From the IMG/VR virus record IMGVR_UViG_3300045836_000008: a DNA stretch of 64,000 nt, one strand, 5' to 3'. The stretch is from a virus. Its lineage: Duplodnaviria > Heunggongvirae > Uroviricota > Caudoviricetes. The notes beneath the pieces are model-generated. The model saw only the letters and a list, made by a program, of their open reading frames with translations, searched no databases and was not told the origin of the DNA. The translations under genes were made by a program, and so were the position numbers. This document shows positions 60,637-64,000 of this stretch, piece after piece (positions within the stretch are counted from its first letter, which is position 1; each line of letters opens with the position of its first letter).

Positions 60637-61644
60637 ATGGCAAAAAGCATCTCGGAACTCCGCAAGGCACGTGGCAACTTTGAATCGCTGACGAAAGAAA
60701 TCGAAAAGCAGAACAAGAAGGGCTACGACAAAGAAGATGATCGTTTCTGGCAATGTGCAGTTGACAAAGCCGGTAACGGTAGCGCGGTGATCCGCTTCCT
60801 GCCCGCACCGCAAGGCGAAGACATTCCTTGGGTGAAGATGTACACGCACGGCTTCAAAGGCCCAACCGGCAAGTGGTACATCGAAAACAGCCGCACCACG
60901 ATTGGCGAAGCTGATCCGGTGACGGAACTGAACAACGAACTCTGGTCTTCGAAGGTTAAGGAAAACGAAGACATCGCACGCGCCCAAAAGCGCAAGCTGA
61001 ACTACTACAGCAACGTTCTGATTATCTCGGACCCGGCGAACCCGGAAAACGAAGGTAAGGTGAAACTCTTCCGCTACGGCGCGAAGATTTTCGAAAAGCT
61101 GAACGCCGCGATGGAACCGGAATTCGAAGACGATCCGCGTTTCAACCCGTTCGACTTCTGGGAAGGTGCAAACTTCCGCCTGAAGATCACGCGTGTTGAT
61201 AAGTACGCAAACTTCGACAAGTCGTCGCTCGCAGCACAGACGCCCGTCAGCGATGACGACGCAGAACTGCAAAAGATTTGGGACCAGTGCGCAAGCCTGA
61301 AGGCAATCATCGCCCCGGACCAATTCAAGAGCTACGAAGAACTTCAGAAGCGCTTGAACTTCGTGCTGGCAACATCGGCACCGGGCAAGAACGCTGAACA
61401 GTCCGAAGTGTCGGAAGAAGATCAAGAATTCATCCGCCAACAGTCGAATCGCACCGCCGACCGCCTGAAGGGCGCATCGAAGGCGAAAGACGCACCGAAT
61501 GCTGAACAGTTCGATGACGTTCCGCCGTTCGACGTAGACGAGAAGCCCACTGCCGCGAAGGCATCGGCCAAGTCCACGGCAAAGCAGGTTGAGTCCGAAG
61601 AAGACGACGACCTTGACTACTTCCGCAAGCTTGCTGGCGAATAA
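60637..61644 (+). CDS. 32: single-stranded DNA-binding protein (T4 gp32-like)
   Basis: Collinear similarity to T4 gp32 (DKAGNGSAVIRFLP, HGFKGPTGKWYIE, NVLIISDPANPENEGKVKLFRYGAKIFEKLNA, WEGANFRLKI, acidic C-terminal tail). Confidence 0.9.
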   Translation: MAKSISELRKARGNFESLTKEIEKQNKKGYDKEDDRFWQCAVDKAGNGSAVIRFLPAPQGEDIPWVKMYTHGFKGPTGKWYIENSRTTIGEADPVTELNNELWSSKVKENEDIARAQKRKLNYYSNVLIISDPANPENEGKVKLFRYGAKIFEKLNAAMEPEFEDDPRFNPFDFWEGANFRLKITRVDKYANFDKSSLAAQTPVSDDDAELQKIWDQCASLKAIIAPDQFKSYEELQKRLNFVLATSAPGKNAEQSEVSEEDQEFIRQQSNRTADRLKGASKAKDAPNAEQFDDVPPFDVDEKPTAAKASAKSTAKQVESEEDDDLDYFRKLAGE

Positions 61645-61736
61645 TCTGTATAACAGATAAACGCCGAATATCCGTGTAGCAGATACAGTCCACAAGCTGT
61701 ATCTGACGGATACAGACTACAAGCTGTAGAAACACA

Positions 61737-61765
61737 AAAGCCCGCTTTCGCGGGCTTTTTCTTTT
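61737..61765. terminator. bidirectional rho-independent terminator (AAAGCCCGC-UUUC-GCGGGCUUU flanked by A- and U-tracts) between convergent genes
   Basis: Perfect 9-bp stem. U-tract on + strand, A-tract upstream. Confidence 0.8.
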
Positions 61766-61770
61766 GGTGA

Positions 61771-63783
61771 TTAGAACATCACCGTGTTCATCATCTGTCG
61801 ATCAAAGTACGATTCGCGACTACGCGGTTCGGCCTTCACTGGAACGATTGCTGGCTTGTCTGAAGCTGCTGGCGCTGCATGGTTCTGCTGCACGACCACG
61901 GTAGGCTTGCTTGTCTGCGCTGAATGCTGCGCGACTTGATGCACTTCCTTGGTCTTGTCGCTGGCGGGTTTCGCCCACCATGAACCAATCTCGTCACCGA
62001 TCCATTCACCGGCACGTGCGCCAAGCATAGAACCGGCTGCACCGCCCGCGAGAGTACCGACACCCGGTGCAACGAACGAACCCGCGATACCGCCGAGTGC
62101 GCCGCCCGCATATCCGCCGATCACCGAACCCAGACCGCCGCCAACTGCATGTGCCTTCTGTTCCTTCGCTTGCTGCGCCGTGATCTTACCGGCCTTCAGC
62201 TTCGCGTCTGCATCGGCATAGTCTTCGTATGACGTGTACGCCGTGATGGCCGTGCCCGCGATACCCGCAACCTTGCCAAGCTTTGCTGCACCCTTCAGAA
62301 GCTTCGAACCGGCACGTGCTTCACCGGCCAAACCCTTCCCGCCTTCTTCAAGCAGACCTTCCTTCGGACCCTTGGCTTTGACGCCTTCTTCTTCGACTGC
62401 GCCTTTGGTCTTCTCTTCTGTCGCACCTTTCTCTTTGGCGTTTTCCTTCGGACCCTTCTCGCGAGTCAAGAACTCGGTTGCCGCCGTGAGTGCTGCACCG
62501 GCCAGACTTCCGCCAATACCCGACCCTGAATCCTTGTCGTCACCATCGTCAATCTGCTTGGTTGCATCGGCGCTGCGCGGATCGATGTCGTTCGATACCA
62601 GTGCGTCATCGGGCTTAATCGCCCCTACAACGCCTTCTGACGGCTTGAATGATGGGTAGGCATCGACTGCACCTGCAACGGCTGATGCAAGCGGTGTAAG
62701 GCCCGTTTTCAGCTTTGCATGCGGGTTGCGTTGCTTGACCTGAATCGGGTCCGGTGATTCCTTGAACTCGACATCTTCTGCTTCATGCTTCGGACCCGCA
62801 AGACGGAACGGTAGCTGATTCTCTTGCTGCTTGGCACGATGGTCTTCCAGCATCGGTGTCGGATTGTGCGGCAACGCCGGAACCAGTTCTGCGTGTGCGC
62901 CGCCCGACGACGGACCCGGCAACATTGGCGAACCGACTGCGATAGCTGATCGACCTGTCGCATTACCCGGCAACGTAGGCGGCATGTAGCGCGGTGATTT
63001 CTGACCATCTTCGTCAGCTTTCCTAACCATCTTGACGATCAGGTTTTCGACGTGAAGGTTTTCGACCTTCGATGGGAATCCGCCACTGCCGCCAGAACCC
63101 TTCACACCGCCCGCGATTTCCGAAGCCATCGCGTTCGCCTTATCCTTCACGTCTTCACCAGTGATCTTCTCACCGGCCTGACGGATCAGCTTTTCTGCCG
63201 TGCCTTCGTTCTGAAGTTCATGTAGCGGATTCAGACCGCCCGGACCCTTCTTGTCCAGACCCGCAGCCCAACGGAACAGCGGGCTTTCAAGATCGTCCTT
63301 GGTCGGCTTGAAGTAGTTCTTTGCTCGATGATTCAGTTCACCCTTCAGCGCACCGGCCAGACCCTTCGGCTTCGCCTTGCTGATGTCGGTGTGCTTCATG
63401 CCGAGTGCAGCAACCCTTTCGAGTTCGCCCTTGGCCGGATGGTCGCCATCGATTTCGTTCAGTCGTACAACTGCCGCCTTGAATTCCTTGTGCAGCGATT
63501 CAAGATCGTCTTTGTCGGCACGACGAAGCTTGTAGAAGTTCTCAGTGACACCACGGAACACTTCCTTCTGTTCGTCCGTGGCCTTCTTCATCCATTCTTC
63601 CTGATCCTTCACGGACTCAGTGAATTGACGATACGCTTCATCGATCTGCTTGATGAAGGCATCGTCCTTGCCGCCATTCTTCGAAACTTGGTTGCGGCGA
63701 AGCAAGTTCCCGATCTTCCCGATATATGCGTTCATATCCGCATTCGAGATTCCTGCTGTTTGTGTTGGTTGCATCGCCGCCAT
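61771..63783 (-). CDS. large minus-strand protein (670 aa): Lys/Glu-rich helical N-terminal region plus C-terminal glycine-zipper hydrophobic domain
   Basis: C-terminal GGGLGSVIGGYAGGALGGIAGSFVAPGVGTLAGGAAGSMLGARAGEWIGDEIGSWW (GxxxG repeats). First minus-strand gene of the window. Confidence 0.65.
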   Translation of the reverse strand: MAAMQPTQTAGISNADMNAYIGKIGNLLRRNQVSKNGGKDDAFIKQIDEAYRQFTESVKDQEEWMKKATDEQKEVFRGVTENFYKLRRADKDDLESLHKEFKAAVVRLNEIDGDHPAKGELERVAALGMKHTDISKAKPKGLAGALKGELNHRAKNYFKPTKDDLESPLFRWAAGLDKKGPGGLNPLHELQNEGTAEKLIRQAGEKITGEDVKDKANAMASEIAGGVKGSGGSGGFPSKVENLHVENLIVKMVRKADEDGQKSPRYMPPTLPGNATGRSAIAVGSPMLPGPSSGGAHAELVPALPHNPTPMLEDHRAKQQENQLPFRLAGPKHEAEDVEFKESPDPIQVKQRNPHAKLKTGLTPLASAVAGAVDAYPSFKPSEGVVGAIKPDDALVSNDIDPRSADATKQIDDGDDKDSGSGIGGSLAGAALTAATEFLTREKGPKENAKEKGATEEKTKGAVEEEGVKAKGPKEGLLEEGGKGLAGEARAGSKLLKGAAKLGKVAGIAGTAITAYTSYEDYADADAKLKAGKITAQQAKEQKAHAVGGGLGSVIGGYAGGALGGIAGSFVAPGVGTLAGGAAGSMLGARAGEWIGDEIGSWWAKPASDKTKEVHQVAQHSAQTSKPTVVVQQNHAAPAASDKPAIVPVKAEPRSRESYFDRQMMNTVMF

Positions 63784-63796
63784 TTAGGATACCTTG

Positions 63797-63991
63797 TTAT
63801 GAGAATTGGGCTTGCTTGCGCAATAGTTCGTTACGTTCAGACTCTTCCCTGATGTGTTGGACTAGCATGCCGACATAGATTTCCCGCTCCCACGGCAACA
63901 TCTCGTCCAGTTCTGTCAACGAATATTTATGGAACTGGACGAGACTGAAGTTCAACTTGTAGTAGTTGAACAACGTGTCATGTGAGAGCAT
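63797..63991 (-). CDS. small hypothetical protein (64 aa), minus strand
   Basis: ORF-track call. Lower GC. Lies upstream of the large minus-strand gene. Confidence 0.4.
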   Translation of the reverse strand: MLSHDTLFNYYKLNFSLVQFHKYSLTELDEMLPWEREIYVGMLVQHIREESERNELLRKQAQFS

Positions 63992-64000
63992 TATCCGAAA

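Noticed and set aside
60458-60691. 77-aa + ORF (MTSSKLKTMKTMKMTTLTIW...) upstream of gene 32
   Set aside because: The peptide is low-complexity and Thr/Lys/Met-rich. It lies in the A/U-rich gene-32 leader and is more plausibly a non-coding translational operator region.
1-64000. Integrase, transposase, prophage attachment sites, rRNA or CRISPR arrays
   Set aside because: None observed. The gene content is that of a lytic T4-like phage, and the only mobile-element signatures are the freestanding homing endonucleases.

Overview
This window is a T4-like (Tevenvirinae-type) myovirus genome segment with about 55% GC. Almost all genes are on the + strand, so it looks like the early/middle replication and nucleotide-metabolism region of a T4-like phage infecting a GC-rich Gram-negative host. 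Recognisable T4 core genes are uvsX (5' end outside the window), the gp41 DnaB-like helicase, the gp61 primase, RNase H (rnh), the gp32 ssDNA-binding protein, DNA ligase (gp30) and an e-type lysozyme. A nucleotide-metabolism block carries thyX, dut, nrdB, nrdA, a HAD dNMP nucleotidase, a MazG-like protein and dCMP deaminase, interrupted by a split Rz/Rz1-type spanin pair. Between these lie many small early ORFs and accessory genes: two homing endonucleases (HNH-AP2, GIY-YIG), a tRNA (anticodon CCA) with its own promoter, and a NadV + NadM-Nudix NAD+ salvage pair (the NARP2 anti-defence pathway). Other accessory genes encode a 2H phosphoesterase (LigT-like), PhoH, a SleB-like hydrolase, a 2OG-Fe(II) oxygenase-like protein, an SPFH lipoprotein, a Pol-beta nucleotidyltransferase, a ppGpp-hydrolase-like HD protein, a nucleoside deoxyribosyltransferase-like protein and Sec-signal secreted Gly/Ser-rich proteins. 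Two features stand out as unusual. First, a roughly 25-member family of near-identical sigma70-type promoters (TTGACA, a spacer containing the palindrome AATTCCCAAG-CTTGG, then TATAAT and a conserved leader). In several copies the -10 element is bracketed by 12-13 bp inverted repeats, or sits in the loop of a terminator hairpin. Second, a tandem array of six paralogous small proteins (43154-44642 plus 45896-46162), each ending in a conserved GW-x-SS-x-C motif whose last residue is Cys. Terminators frequently use UUCG tetraloops. The only + to - switch is at about 61.7 kb, where a bidirectional terminator precedes a 670-aa minus-strand protein with a C-terminal glycine-zipper domain. No CRISPR array, rRNA, integrase or transposase is evident. 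Promoter, terminator and stem-loop coordinates were read by eye and are approximate (within a few nt).
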